Shown here one piece after another: positions 1 through 8,134 of a DNA stretch of 36,362 nt. Every line of letters starts with the position of its first letter. Position 1 is the stretch's first letter. Source of the DNA: Candidatus Babeliales bacterium (lineage in GTDB: Bacteria > Babelota > Babeliae > Babelales > RVW-14); contig JBIIJF010000001.1 of the NCBI GenBank assembly GCA_044234015.1, positions 1 through 36,362 on the forward strand. Direction: 5' to 3'. Position numbers and translations under genes: made by a program. Under the pieces are notes generated by a model. That model worked only from the letters and a program-made list of their open reading frames with translations. It did no database searches and was not told where the DNA came from.

Positions 1-2
1 TC

Positions 3-479
3 CTTAACTCTGTTCATGGGGCGGCTTTACCAGATCCTGCCCGTGATTTGTCCACCAGATATCTGCAGTTAGAAATCCTAATTTCTGTTGGAGATATTTT
101 AGAAAACAGAACTGGGGTGCCGGTACTTTTGAAGGCTTATCGCGACTGTGGGGAGACATTTGAGGAGCTGCCTGAGTGTGAAATTTGCGTGCCAAGTGGG
201 ATGCAATTAAAAGTGAATCAAGAGTCGTTCTTGACTGATCCAGCAAATACTATTTTTGTATTCCCATCTGATTGGCACCTGCCTGCATCTCATGCAATAC
301 CTATTGTGCTAACAGTCAGACACAATGCTATTTTTTCTCAGGAGCCTATCTGCCCTGTAACAGGGTTGCCGGGACTCCACATCCCTGTGCCAAATGTACC
401 GTGTGGCGATGGGGAGGATCCTGGGCCTTTTCCTTTTCCGCCAGGCTCACCGACTGCCCTTCGTTGCCTTGACGAATGA
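3..479 (+). CDS. Hypothetical protein, 3' part of a gene truncated by the window start
   Basis: The reading frame is open from nt 3 to the TGA at 477-479; track ORF 48..479 is the tail of this frame. No recognisable domain. The C-terminus is Pro/Gly-rich. It overlaps convergent ORF 338..898 by 142 nt, so one of the two 3' ends is doubtful. Confidence 0.35.
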   Translation, partial: LNSVHGAALPDPARDLSTRYLQLEILISVGDILENRTGVPVLLKAYRDCGETFEELPECEICVPSGMQLKVNQESFLTDPANTIFVFPSDWHLPASHAIPIVLTVRHNAIFSQEPICPVTGLPGLHIPVPNVPCGDGEDPGPFPFPPGSPTALRCLDE

Positions 480-898
480 TTATCTCGTTGTTGTACAAAG
501 GTGTGTACAGCAGTTTTATTCTTATCTGCTCTGATAGAAACAGTACATAATTTGTGGGGCTTTGAACAAGAAAGTAGCCCCTCAACGGCATTTGAAAAAT
601 TATGTATTTTCCAACCGCTTCGTTCCATTTCACGCGCATAAAAATCTATAGTTTTATTGAGTGGCTGTTTGCCCGTGCACACAAAATAGTCACCATGTAG
701 GCCCATAGAGCGTGGCGTAAGGACAAAGCCAACGGGCTGAGGGATATCGAAGTGCTTGGCATGGCCAAGGCGCAATGGTGAATGAGGATTAGATTTGCTG
801 CAACTAGAAAAAAAGAGCGCTAGGCAGCCCAGCAAAATGCTTGACTGAACTAACGCTCTTTTAAAATTTTGCTTTGGAAGCTTAAGCTTCTTGTGCAT
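338..898 (-). CDS. Putative lipoprotein of unknown function
   Basis: An internal ATG at 898 of track ORF 338..1012 gives MHKKLKLPKQNFKRALVQSSILLGCLALFFSSC, which is a basic n-region, hydrophobic core and lipobox-like FSSC. The longer track ORF would run antisense-free through the rplS 3' end and is rejected. The start overlaps the rplS stop by 17 nt. The C-terminal tail (338-479) is low complexity and overlaps the convergent ORF. Confidence 0.5.
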   Translation of the reverse strand: MHKKLKLPKQNFKRALVQSSILLGCLALFFSSCSKSNPHSPLRLGHAKHFDIPQPVGFVLTPRSMGLHGDYFVCTGKQPLNKTIDFYAREMERSGWKIHNFSNAVEGLLSCSKPHKLCTVSIRADKNKTAVHTFVQQRDNHSSRQRRAVGEPGGKGKGPGSSPSPHGTFGTGMWSPGNPVTGQIGS

Positions 899-1292
899 GT
901 GCACGAACTTGGGCTTCTTTTTGCTCTTTGGTAAGAATACGCTCTTTAATACGAGCAGCCTTACCTTCGCGATCTCTGAGGTAGTAGAGTTTAGCGCGAC
1001 GGGCAATACCATTTTTGACTAAACGAATGGCTGAGATCCCAGGAGAGTAGTAAGGGAAAATTTTCTCAACACCAATACCGTTAGCGCCCATTCTGCGGAC
1101 GGTTACAGTTGATGCAACACCATTTTTGTGCATAGCAATAACGTCGCCAGTGAATAATTGCGTGCGCTCTTTATCGCCATCTTTGATTGTTTGGGAGATT
1201 TCGATGCTATCACCAATTTTAAACGCTGGGAAATTACGTTCGGTCATACCGATGTTCAGAATAGTTTCTCTAGTTAAGCTGCGAGCTTTCAT
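882..1292 (-). CDS. rplS: 50S ribosomal protein L19
   Basis: The 136-aa protein has an L19-typical sequence (FKIGDSIEI...GDKERTQLFTGDVIAMH...VTVRRM..GIGVEKIFPYYSPGISAIRL). It sits in the conserved position downstream of trmD. Confidence 0.95.
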   Translation of the reverse strand: MKARSLTRETILNIGMTERNFPAFKIGDSIEISQTIKDGDKERTQLFTGDVIAMHKNGVASTVTVRRMGANGIGVEKIFPYYSPGISAIRLVKNGIARRAKLYYLRDREGKAARIKERILTKEQKEAQVRAHAQEA

Positions 1293-1339
1293 GAAATCCT
1301 CTTGTAAATAGCGAGTTTTTTGAGGGTCTAAGTATAAAA

Positions 1340-2716
1340 TTATTTACTCTTTTTGGCAATACCAAAGTTATGCCCTCTGTTGCGAGGTTGGAGGCCCAAC
1401 CATCGATCAAGGATGATAGCCATGGCTGATCGTACTGACAGATGGTTATAATTAGTCATACCTTGCACTGGAATGAGCAAGTAGTCGCTCATGGCAACAA
1501 CTTCATCTGCTAATCCCTGACCAGTACCGAATAAAAGCACAACGGGCCGATCATGTTCCCAGACAATTCCCTGGTCATTAAAATCAATTGTTTGACTATG
1601 GGGCAATTTTTTGGCGCTTGTGGTGATGATAAGGGGCCTTTTTCCGGTTTCTGCGGTGATGCGTTCAAGGACTGTAGTTAGGCTAGGGGCCGTTTGTACC
1701 TTGCTTACAGCCTGGTATCGGCTTGGGTTGTAGCTTTTACCTTCTTCTGAATGCCAAAAATCAAGGAAGGTGTGGACGATAGAGAGCTGCTGAACGAGTG
1801 GGGTAACAATAAAAAAATTGTTTACGCCATAACTAGCGCATGAACGGGCAGTGTCGTGAATATCTATTGATGTCACCGATGTTGTCCCTATCTGGCCGTT
1901 TGGTAATTTGATCTGGTCGTGCATGAGTACAACGTAGTGTGGGGGGATGTTTTTTTGCGCAAGCGCGAGCGTTTCTTGTTCTGGATTATTGCTTCTAAAC
2001 CAGTCAAAACGCTTGAGTATTGTTTTTTTACAGGATTCATTCAGTTGCCATTGACGAATAACTTCGTGATTCCCGGAACGTACAACGGCGGGAATTTCTT
2101 GGTTATGCCAGACAACGGGAAGGCTATAAGCCGGGTGGTCAAGTAATGGGCCGCTGAATGAGTCTTGCTCAACAGACTGTGCATTCCCAACAATCCCAGG
2201 AGCATACCGTAAAAGCCCTTCAAGGAGGACTTGAGCTGGCAAGTCACCGCCCATCAAAACGTAATCGCCAATTGAAATAATTGCATCCGCGTAGGTTTGT
2301 TCAACACGAGCATCCATTCCTTCATAGCGAGGGCATATCAAAATAAGATGGGTGCTAGCTGCTTGATCTACCGATGATGTCTCTTGGTAGTTGCCTGGGA
2401 AGAGTTCAGCAGCAAGGCTTTTAAGAACAGGTTGGGAGAGTATTGTGCCTTGTGGAGAGAAGAAAATTTTAAAGCCGTCACCATGCGTTTCGATGCAGTG
2501 ATTAAGGGCTTTTTCCACAACGTCTGGTTTAAGAATCATGCCAGCGCTTGGTCCACAAAGTGCTTGATCAATTCGTTCTTTGACAGCAACAAAGTCTGAA
2601 AAACGTATTAAATTAATTTTCAGCAGGCCTTTTTCTTGTGCCTTGCCAATAAGACTAAGCTTTAAAAAAGTTTCGTGAATCTCAGGAAAAACGCTGATAA
2701 TGCTGATAGTTATCAT
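1340..2716 (-). CDS. trmD: tRNA (guanine37-N1)-methyltransferase TrmD fused to a C-terminal second SPOUT-type RNA methyltransferase domain (Methyltrn_RNA_4 / TM1570-like)
   Basis: The N-terminal ~245 aa carry TrmD motifs (ISVFPE, PRYEGMDARV, ISIGDYVLMGGDLPAQVLLEGLLRYAPG, SGNHEVIRQW). The C-terminal ~200 aa match my recollection of the PF09936 family (TSVTSIDIHDTARSCASYGV..FFIVTP, YNPSRYQA, LLFGTGQGL, NYNHLSVRSAMAIILDRWLG). It is one continuous 458-aa ORF. Confidence 0.88.
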   Translation of the reverse strand: MITISIISVFPEIHETFLKLSLIGKAQEKGLLKINLIRFSDFVAVKERIDQALCGPSAGMILKPDVVEKALNHCIETHGDGFKIFFSPQGTILSQPVLKSLAAELFPGNYQETSSVDQAASTHLILICPRYEGMDARVEQTYADAIISIGDYVLMGGDLPAQVLLEGLLRYAPGIVGNAQSVEQDSFSGPLLDHPAYSLPVVWHNQEIPAVVRSGNHEVIRQWQLNESCKKTILKRFDWFRSNNPEQETLALAQKNIPPHYVVLMHDQIKLPNGQIGTTSVTSIDIHDTARSCASYGVNNFFIVTPLVQQLSIVHTFLDFWHSEEGKSYNPSRYQAVSKVQTAPSLTTVLERITAETGKRPLIITTSAKKLPHSQTIDFNDQGIVWEHDRPVVLLFGTGQGLADEVVAMSDYLLIPVQGMTNYNHLSVRSAMAIILDRWLGLQPRNRGHNFGIAKKSK

Positions 2717-2728
2717 ATGACCTTAGGC

Positions 2729-2758
2729 AAAAAAAATGGCTGGCGGTTAGCCAGCCAT
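2729..2758 (-). terminator. Intrinsic terminator-like hairpin between the KH-protein gene and trmD
   Basis: A perfect 9-bp stem (atggctggc 2736-2744 / gccagccat 2750-2758) has a 5-nt loop. Read on the minus strand, the stem is followed by a run of 7-8 T (plus-strand A-run 2729-2736). Confidence 0.55.
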
Positions 2759-2789
2759 CATTATTTTATATGTGCTATGCAACGGGCAC

Positions 2790-3023
2790 TTATTCAAGAA
2801 TTTCAAGCACCGCGCGCTTATGATCTTTGGATGCAGCGGCGTGAACCAATGTTCTGATAGAACGAGCAGTACGGCCCTCTTTTCCAATGACCTTCCCAAG
2901 ATCTTCTGGCGCAACGCGCAATTCGATAATGGTAGATTGCTCACCGGTTACTTCAGAAACATTTACTTGCTCTGGTTTATCGACGAGTTTTTTTACAATA
3001 AACTCGACTAACTCTTTTAGCAT
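2790..3023 (-). CDS. KH-domain RNA-binding protein (UPF0109 / YlqC-like)
   Basis: The 77-aa protein contains [17 protein letters not shown], a GXXG KH motif. It sits in the conserved position between rpsP and trmD. Confidence 0.85.
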   Translation of the reverse strand: MLKELVEFIVKKLVDKPEQVNVSEVTGEQSTIIELRVAPEDLGKVIGKEGRTARSIRTLVHAAASKDHKRAVLEILE

Positions 3024-3070
3024 GTTAACTCCCTTTTGTGCGTGTCACTAGCTCTGACTAATCCAGTTGC

Positions 3071-3298
3071 TTATTTCTTAAGAAGTTTTGCAACTGAAGG
3101 TGAACATTCAGCACCTTGTGCAACCCATGCTTGAACGCGCTCTGTGTGAAGTTGGATTACTTGATGCTTGATTGGGTCATAGGTTCCCAAGTTTTCAAGG
3201 CAAGCTCCATCACGCTTTTGACGAGAATCAACAGCTACAATACGCCAGTAGCAACGATTTGTTTTACCGATACGGCTAAAACGAATTTTAACAGCCAT
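3071..3298 (-). CDS. rpsP: 30S ribosomal protein S16
   Basis: MAVKIRFSRIGKTNRCYWRIVAVDSRQKRDG...LGTYDP is the canonical S16 N-terminus. The gene lies downstream of ffh. Confidence 0.95.
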   Translation of the reverse strand: MAVKIRFSRIGKTNRCYWRIVAVDSRQKRDGACLENLGTYDPIKHQVIQLHTERVQAWVAQGAECSPSVAKLLKK

Positions 3299-3374
3299 TT
3301 TAAATTATCCTTTCACAGACGTCTTTATCATTATCATTTTCAGGTTGAGCAGCAGAAACAGTAGGAACTACAAG

Positions 3375-4703
3375 TTAAAAGAACCCTTTGTGTTTGCCCA
3401 TTTTCTTTACCATTTTAGCAAATTGTTTGCTTTCTTCAAATCTTTGTAGCATCTGATTTACATCTTGTCCGGTAACACCTGCGCCAGCTGCGATGCGTTT
3501 TTTGCGAGAAGCATCAATCAGAGCTGGGACCAAGCGTTCTTTCTCGGTCATAGAATAAATAATTGCCTTAAATCGCTTCATTTCAGTTTGTCCCTTTTCA
3601 AGCATCTCAGGGGTAACTTGATGACTGCCAGGCAAGTAGCGCATAATTTTTTGCAAAGAACCCATTTTGTCCATCATGGTCATTTGCTCTAAAAAATCTT
3701 TGAGGTTAAAAGCACCATCCATGAACTTTTGGGCCATAGATGCTTGTGTTGCCTCGTCAATATTTTCTGTTGCTTTTTCTAGGAGCGTTTCTAGGTCGCC
3801 CATCCCTAAAATGCGCGTGGCCATGCGTTCTGGAAAAAAACCCTCAAGGTCACCTATTTTTTCACCAACGCCAACCCAGGCAATAGGTTTGCCGAGCTCA
3901 TAGCGGAAAGCAAAGGCCGCTCCGCCACGGGCATCACTATCCATTTTTGTTAGAATGGCAGCATCAAACCCAATTGCGGTGTTAAATGCTTTTGCAACGT
4001 TTAGAGACTCTTGCCCTGTCATAGCATCAAGCACGAGTAATTTGTGTTTTGGGGCAAGTAGTGCGTTAATTTGTACCAGCTCCTGCATCATGCCGTTGTC
4101 TATGTGTAGGCGTCCAGCAGTATCCAAGAGAAGATGGTCGTAGCCTTTTTGTTTAAAAACGGTTTGCAGCTCTTGGGCTGCTGCAATAGGGTCAGTCTTG
4201 GTAGAACGATAAAAATCGGCGCCAACCTGTTTGGCTAAAATTTCGAGCTGATCTATAGCGGCTGGGCGGTAAAAATCGACAGAGCCGAACAGAATGTGCC
4301 GACTTTTGCCACGCTGCTTGGCCAGCTCTTTGATGTGGTGGCATAGTTTGGCTACCGTAGTTGTTTTTCCAGACCCCTGCAGTCCCATCACCATGATGAC
4401 CGAAGGTATTTGGAACATAATGCTACTAGCAGCATTTTTGCCCCCAAGAAAAGCGAGTAATTTTTCGTGAACGATGGTGATAAATTGTTCGCCGGGTTTA
4501 AGAGACTTGCTGGCTTTTAAGCCATTAGATTGTTGCTTAACTTGATCTAAAAAATCATTTACCACGTGTAGTGGAACGTCTGCCTCAAGAAGGCCATCCC
4601 GTACTTTGGTGAGTGCTTCAGCAATATTTGCTTCAGAAAGTGTGTTTTTAGTAGTGAGCCAATGCAGCACACCAGAAAATTTTTCAGATAAAAAATCAAA
4701 CAT
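3375..4703 (-). CDS. ffh: Signal recognition particle protein Ffh
   Basis: The SRP54 N/G domains are recognisable (GLQGSGKTTTVAKL, DTAGRLH, TKMDSDARGGAA). A Met-rich M domain follows (MTMMDKMGSLQKIMRYLPG). Confidence 0.97.
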   Translation of the reverse strand: MFDFLSEKFSGVLHWLTTKNTLSEANIAEALTKVRDGLLEADVPLHVVNDFLDQVKQQSNGLKASKSLKPGEQFITIVHEKLLAFLGGKNAASSIMFQIPSVIMVMGLQGSGKTTTVAKLCHHIKELAKQRGKSRHILFGSVDFYRPAAIDQLEILAKQVGADFYRSTKTDPIAAAQELQTVFKQKGYDHLLLDTAGRLHIDNGMMQELVQINALLAPKHKLLVLDAMTGQESLNVAKAFNTAIGFDAAILTKMDSDARGGAAFAFRYELGKPIAWVGVGEKIGDLEGFFPERMATRILGMGDLETLLEKATENIDEATQASMAQKFMDGAFNLKDFLEQMTMMDKMGSLQKIMRYLPGSHQVTPEMLEKGQTEMKRFKAIIYSMTEKERLVPALIDASRKKRIAAGAGVTGQDVNQMLQRFEESKQFAKMVKKMGKHKGFF

Positions 4704-4741
4704 AGCGCACCTGGTGCTACAAGGAGGAATACTGTTTTGAA

Positions 4742-4817
4742 TGGTGCCGGAAGACGGAGTTGAACCGACGACACATAGATTTTCAGTCTACTGCTCTACC
4801 ACCTGAGCTATTCCGGC
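4742..4817 (-). tRNA. tRNA-Phe (GAA), CCA encoded
   Basis: The reverse complement is GCCGGAATAGCTCAGGTGGTAGAGCAGTAGACTGAAAATCTATGTGTCGTCGGTTCAACTCCGTCTTCCGGCACCA. It folds with a 7-bp acceptor stem, a D arm GCTC/GAGC, an anticodon loop CTGAAAA and a TTCAACT T-loop. There is one U-U mismatch in the T stem. It lies 38 nt upstream of ffh on the same strand. Confidence 0.88.
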
Positions 4818-5074
4818 ATTACGTGTGTATTTAATGCTTGCTAGAGCGATTTGTTGAACTCGATAGCGCAAAAACACGAACAAATATTACCGTTGTCGGT
4901 GCGTATTGTCAATCGAAAATTGTGTGAGATGGCCTGGGGGTTGTCTTTTATTGCAAACTCCTGTTGAATTATAGGAAATATCAACAAAAACAGTGAGCTG
5001 TAGTCTGTGTATCCTTGTTTTGGGCATACTACAGCAAGATACCGATCTTAGTATCGTCTAGAACGAGGAATCGT

Positions 5075-6919
5075 ATGAATGATCCGGCATGTGGTTTGCG
5101 CGAAACAGAGTATGTAAAAGCGGCCCGAGAAATTATTAAATCTTTAGGGGTGGTCTTTGGGGATATCGGCACGAGCCCACTGTACACACTTTCCATTATT
5201 TTCCATATGATTCAACCAACGCAAGACAATGTTTTTGGCGTATTGTCGCTTATTGTGTGGACCTTGATACTCTTGGTTTCTCTTGGGTATGCTTGGCTGG
5301 CCATGAGCCTGGGGAAAAAGGGCGAAGGCGGCACAATTGTATTGCGTGAAATTTTGGTACCGCTCCTTAAATCGCCAAAGCAAGTGATGGTTGCATCAGC
5401 GTTAGCTGTTATTGGGATCTCGCTCTTTTTTGGTGATGGTGTAATTACCCCGGCAGTGAGTATTTTAAGTGCTGTTGAGGGACTTGTGCACGTTCCAGGA
5501 TTTGCAGGGATTGATCATAGTATTTTTGTTTTGGTTGCCTGTTGTGTAACAATTTTTCTATTCGCTCTGCAGCGTCGCGGGACGGAGCGCGTATCCGCTC
5601 TGTTTGGGCCTCTCATGGTTGTTTGGTTTTTGGTTCTTGCCGTATCTGGCATAGCCTCGATTATGACCATGCCAAGCATTCTGTATGCCTTAAACCCGTG
5701 GTATGCAATTAAATTTATTCTTGTTAACAAACTCACTGCGTTCTTTGTTCTATCTGGGGTGACATTGTGTGCAACCGGAGGCGAGGCTTTGTATGCAGAT
5801 ATGGGCCATTTAGGGCGTAAGCCGATTATGCGGGCCTGGTACATTGTATTGGTTGCGCTCTTGTTGACCTATCTAGGGCAAGGGGCGTTTTTATTGCATA
5901 ATCCACATGCAACAGCATTGCTGTGCCAAATGATTCTTGGGCTGGTACCTCTGGGTTTTTATGTTGCTTTTCTGTTTCTCAGTTTGCTTGCAACAATTGT
6001 TGCTTCACAGGCGATGATTAGTGGTATTTTTTCTATTGTGTACCAAGGCATTACAACGAACATGATTCCCATGTTCAAAGTTGATTACACGTCAAGTAAG
6101 TTGCGTTCGCAGGTTTACATCGGGGCTATCAATTGGACTTTGATGGCTGCGGTCCTTGTTTTTATTCTGCAGTTTAAGCATTCGCACAATCTTGCTTCGG
6201 CATATGGTCTTGCTGTAACGGGGACTATGACGGTGACAGCAACACTCATGACATGGATTTTCTTATTGCGTAAACATTATGGAAAAATGTCTGTCGCCGC
6301 AACAATTGCTCTTATTGATCTTGTCTTTTTCTTTTCTAATACTTTCAAAATTCCACACGGAGGCTACTGGTCGCTCTTGATGGGTATGTTGCCATTGACG
6401 ATTATTCTCATTTACACAAGTGGGCAGCGCAAGATGGCAAAAGTATCACAGCCAACAGCCTTGGAGCCGTTTCTTGAAAAATACGAAGAGCGTTACGAGC
6501 AAGCAAGTAAGATTGAGGGCGTAGCTATATTTTTTGTACGTGATATTCATGCAGTTCAGGCTTATGTGGTGCAGACGATGTTTGAAAATAACATTATGTA
6601 CGAAGACAATATTTTAGTTTCGGTTATTGCTCGTGATGACCCTTTTGGGGTTATCGGCTTTTTTAAAGGTAACTTGGCACCAGGGTTTCGTATTTTTGAA
6701 ATTCATATGGGTTACATGGAAGTGCTTGATATTGAGAAGATTTTGCACAATGCGGGCATTGAGGCACGCGTTATGTTCTACGGACAGGGAGAAATTGTAA
6801 CCAGTCACCTTGTCTGGAAAGTTTTTGCAACTATCAAGCGTATGTCTCCTTCGTTTGTGCAGTTCTATAAGCTGCCATCACATAAACTACATGGGGTGGT
6901 TTCATCAGTTGAGATGTAA
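5075..6919 (+). CDS. kup: KUP/HAK/KT family potassium transporter
   Basis: The VFGDIGTSPLYTL signature is near the N-terminus. About 12 hydrophobic segments and GGEALYADMGHLG are present, followed by a soluble C-terminal domain. The start is placed at ATG 5075 with GAGGAA 6 nt upstream; the track TTG at 5015 is judged an extension. Confidence 0.93.
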   Translation: MNDPACGLRETEYVKAAREIIKSLGVVFGDIGTSPLYTLSIIFHMIQPTQDNVFGVLSLIVWTLILLVSLGYAWLAMSLGKKGEGGTIVLREILVPLLKSPKQVMVASALAVIGISLFFGDGVITPAVSILSAVEGLVHVPGFAGIDHSIFVLVACCVTIFLFALQRRGTERVSALFGPLMVVWFLVLAVSGIASIMTMPSILYALNPWYAIKFILVNKLTAFFVLSGVTLCATGGEALYADMGHLGRKPIMRAWYIVLVALLLTYLGQGAFLLHNPHATALLCQMILGLVPLGFYVAFLFLSLLATIVASQAMISGIFSIVYQGITTNMIPMFKVDYTSSKLRSQVYIGAINWTLMAAVLVFILQFKHSHNLASAYGLAVTGTMTVTATLMTWIFLLRKHYGKMSVAATIALIDLVFFFSNTFKIPHGGYWSLLMGMLPLTIILIYTSGQRKMAKVSQPTALEPFLEKYEERYEQASKIEGVAIFFVRDIHAVQAYVVQTMFENNIMYEDNILVSVIARDDPFGVIGFFKGNLAPGFRIFEIHMGYMEVLDIEKILHNAGIEARVMFYGQGEIVTSHLVWKVFATIKRMSPSFVQFYKLPSHKLHGVVSSVEM

Positions 6920-6958
6920 AATGCCGTAGCGGCGCTTCGCAATTTCTGGGGGGAGTTT

Positions 6959-7537
6959 ATGAAAATTGCATTAGGATGTATTATATTTAGCGTATTTTTT
7001 CTCATGACGCCTTGTACGGTCCGTGCCGGTGTGCCTTCTGGGGGCGATTCCACGGGCGATTCCACAGACGATTTGAGGCGGGCAGTTAATGCGTGGAAAG
7101 CAGATTTAGTTAACCCGCTTGGCGAGCAAGAACAACCGCTGTTTGCAGCAATCAAAGTAGGTAATCCTCTAGCCGTGCAGGTGTTGTTGAGCGAAAATTC
7201 GTTTAATCTAGTAGCCAGAACAGCAGAAGGGGATTCCTGCTGGCATGTGCTAGCCCGCAGCATCATTAAGGGTAAAGAGTCTGAATTTATCCACATTGCA
7301 GATATGCTAAAAAAAGCGGATTGCGACCTATTGGTTACGAATAATGAAGGGCAGGGGGTTCTTCATTTAGCGGTTTTCTCTGGCTGTAAACCGCTTATAA
7401 AACGATTAATTACATGGGGTGTTGATATTCTGGCTAAAGATGCTCTAGGTAGGGCTCCTGATCATGAGGACTATGATGCATATGAGGTTTTTCAGGAGTG
7501 CCTAAAGGATGTAGTTGAGACATTACCACGGGCTTAA
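6959..7537 (+). CDS. Secreted ankyrin-repeat protein
   Basis: The N-terminal signal peptide is MKIALGCIIFSVFFLMTPCTVRA. Ankyrin-type repeats are present (PLFAAIKVGNPLAVQVLL, NNEGQGVLHLAVFSGCKPLIKRLITWGVDILAKDALGRAP). A GGGGGAG RBS precedes the ATG. Confidence 0.8.
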   Translation: MKIALGCIIFSVFFLMTPCTVRAGVPSGGDSTGDSTDDLRRAVNAWKADLVNPLGEQEQPLFAAIKVGNPLAVQVLLSENSFNLVARTAEGDSCWHVLARSIIKGKESEFIHIADMLKKADCDLLVTNNEGQGVLHLAVFSGCKPLIKRLITWGVDILAKDALGRAPDHEDYDAYEVFQECLKDVVETLPRA

Positions 7538-7575
7538 GGCTGCTTCTTTGGAGTCTTCTTGGGGAGGGGGATGGG

Positions 7576-8019
7576 ATGAAACGATGTTTTTTTGTACTTG
7601 CTTTTCTGTGGCAAGGGATTGTTCTTCCATGCGGCCCTGTTGGCGCTCATCCGGATGACCAATGGGATTGTGGGATGGCGCCACCACAAGCCTTGTTTGT
7701 TTCTGAGTGTACTGTTTTTGGTTTTCCGCTGCATCATGCCGTGCGTAATCGTCTCCTTGAATCCGTACAGAAAGCCCTCAAAGGGGGCTGTGGCCCTAAT
7801 TCACGTAATAAAGCCGGTCAGGTTCCTTTGCTTGTTTTGGTGAGTACAACTTATGCTTATAACGATGATGGCGTTGCTATTGAGATTGCTCGTGAGCTCA
7901 TACGTCACGGTGCACGGCTCGACACGGTCCGCGACGATGGCAAGACATTGTTACAGATTGCAAGTTTTCAAGGGGCTGTTCGCTTCGGCAATTTTTTACG
8001 TGAGGCAGGGGCTTACTAG
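7576..8019 (+). CDS. Secreted ankyrin-repeat protein
   Basis: The signal-like N-terminus is MKRCFFVLAFLWQGIVLPCGPVGA. Ankyrin-type repeats are present (FPLHHAVRNRLLESVQKALKGGCGPNSRNKAGQVPLL, ARELIRHGARLDTVRDDGKTLLQIA). Confidence 0.75.
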   Translation: MKRCFFVLAFLWQGIVLPCGPVGAHPDDQWDCGMAPPQALFVSECTVFGFPLHHAVRNRLLESVQKALKGGCGPNSRNKAGQVPLLVLVSTTYAYNDDGVAIEIARELIRHGARLDTVRDDGKTLLQIASFQGAVRFGNFLREAGAY

Positions 8020-8134
8020 GCTCCTTGTTTTTCTGCTTGTCAATAATGTTCAGTGGGTCTCATTTGCGCATTTTCCTGCTGGTCGTATAATTATGCGTGA
8101 TAATCAATTGTTTTATAGTCGGTGGAGAAAGCGC

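Noticed and set aside
4-246. Minus-strand ORF of 80 aa at the window start.
   Set aside because: It lies entirely antisense to the longer open frame 3..479. It has no RBS and no recognisable motif, and is likely spurious.
338-479. A 142-nt convergent overlap between the 5'-truncated plus-strand ORF (3..479) and the lipoprotein ORF (338..898).
   Set aside because: It cannot be resolved by eye which 3' end is real. The overlapped stretch is GC-rich and Pro/Gly-rich in both frames, which tends to keep both strands open. It is treated as annotation uncertainty and not as biology.
4818-5074. The 257-nt leader upstream of kup, checked for a c-di-AMP (ydaO/kimA-type) riboswitch or other structured RNA.
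   Set aside because: I could not recognise conserved riboswitch cores or extended pairing by eye. A covariance-model scan (Rfam/Infernal) would be needed.
7853-8134. The long N-terminal extension of the protease ORF in the track (start at 7853).
   Set aside because: It overlaps the second ankyrin gene (7576..8019) in another frame and has odd composition. Internal ATG 8135 has a GGAG-type RBS and yields a proper signal peptide.
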